Shown here in pieces: positions 63,947 through 64,000 of a stretch of 64,000 nt of DNA. The notes under the pieces are model-generated. The model was not told the origin of the DNA, did no database searches, and was given only the letters and a program-made list of their open reading frames with translations. Positions within the stretch are counted from its first letter, which is position 1, and each line of letters starts with the position of its first letter. The stretch comes from Podarcis tiliguerta. Its lineage: Eukaryota. Location of the stretch: assembly GCA_965153285.1 (NCBI GenBank), contig OZ229110.1. One strand, written 5' to 3'. The position numbers and the translations under genes are program-made.

Positions 63947-64000
63947 AAAAACGGCACACAACAAAAGCACTGGCTGCAAGTGGAGGAAGGGAACCCAAAT

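Overview
Eukaryotic genomic DNA from a squamate reptile, probably a lacertid-type lizard judging by the Sauria SINEs and the L2, CR1 and hAT-MITE repertoire. The window holds most of one + strand gene, COL18A1 (collagen XVIII alpha 1, the endostatin precursor). I traced 41 coding exons by hand, from the thrombospondin-N (TSPN) exon at 12103 to the stop codon at 63946. All introns are GT-AG, the phases are consistent, and the exons sum to 4100 nt (about 1366 aa) with no in-frame stop. The signal-peptide and frizzled-domain exons are not visible and presumably lie upstream, so 1-12102 is taken as intron. Introns contain Sauria SINEs with TSDs, L2 and CR1 fragments, hAT and Tc1-like MITEs, a solo-LTR-like element, fold-back elements and microsatellites. 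I found no convincing wholly new system. The best leads are an exact 18-bp duplication of a splice donor giving an in-frame alternative 5' splice site next to a GAG-attachment motif, extra collagenous exons relative to the human protein as I recall it, RGD motifs (one in the non-helical NC1 hinge), and an intron that stays open in frame for 158 hydrophobic codons.
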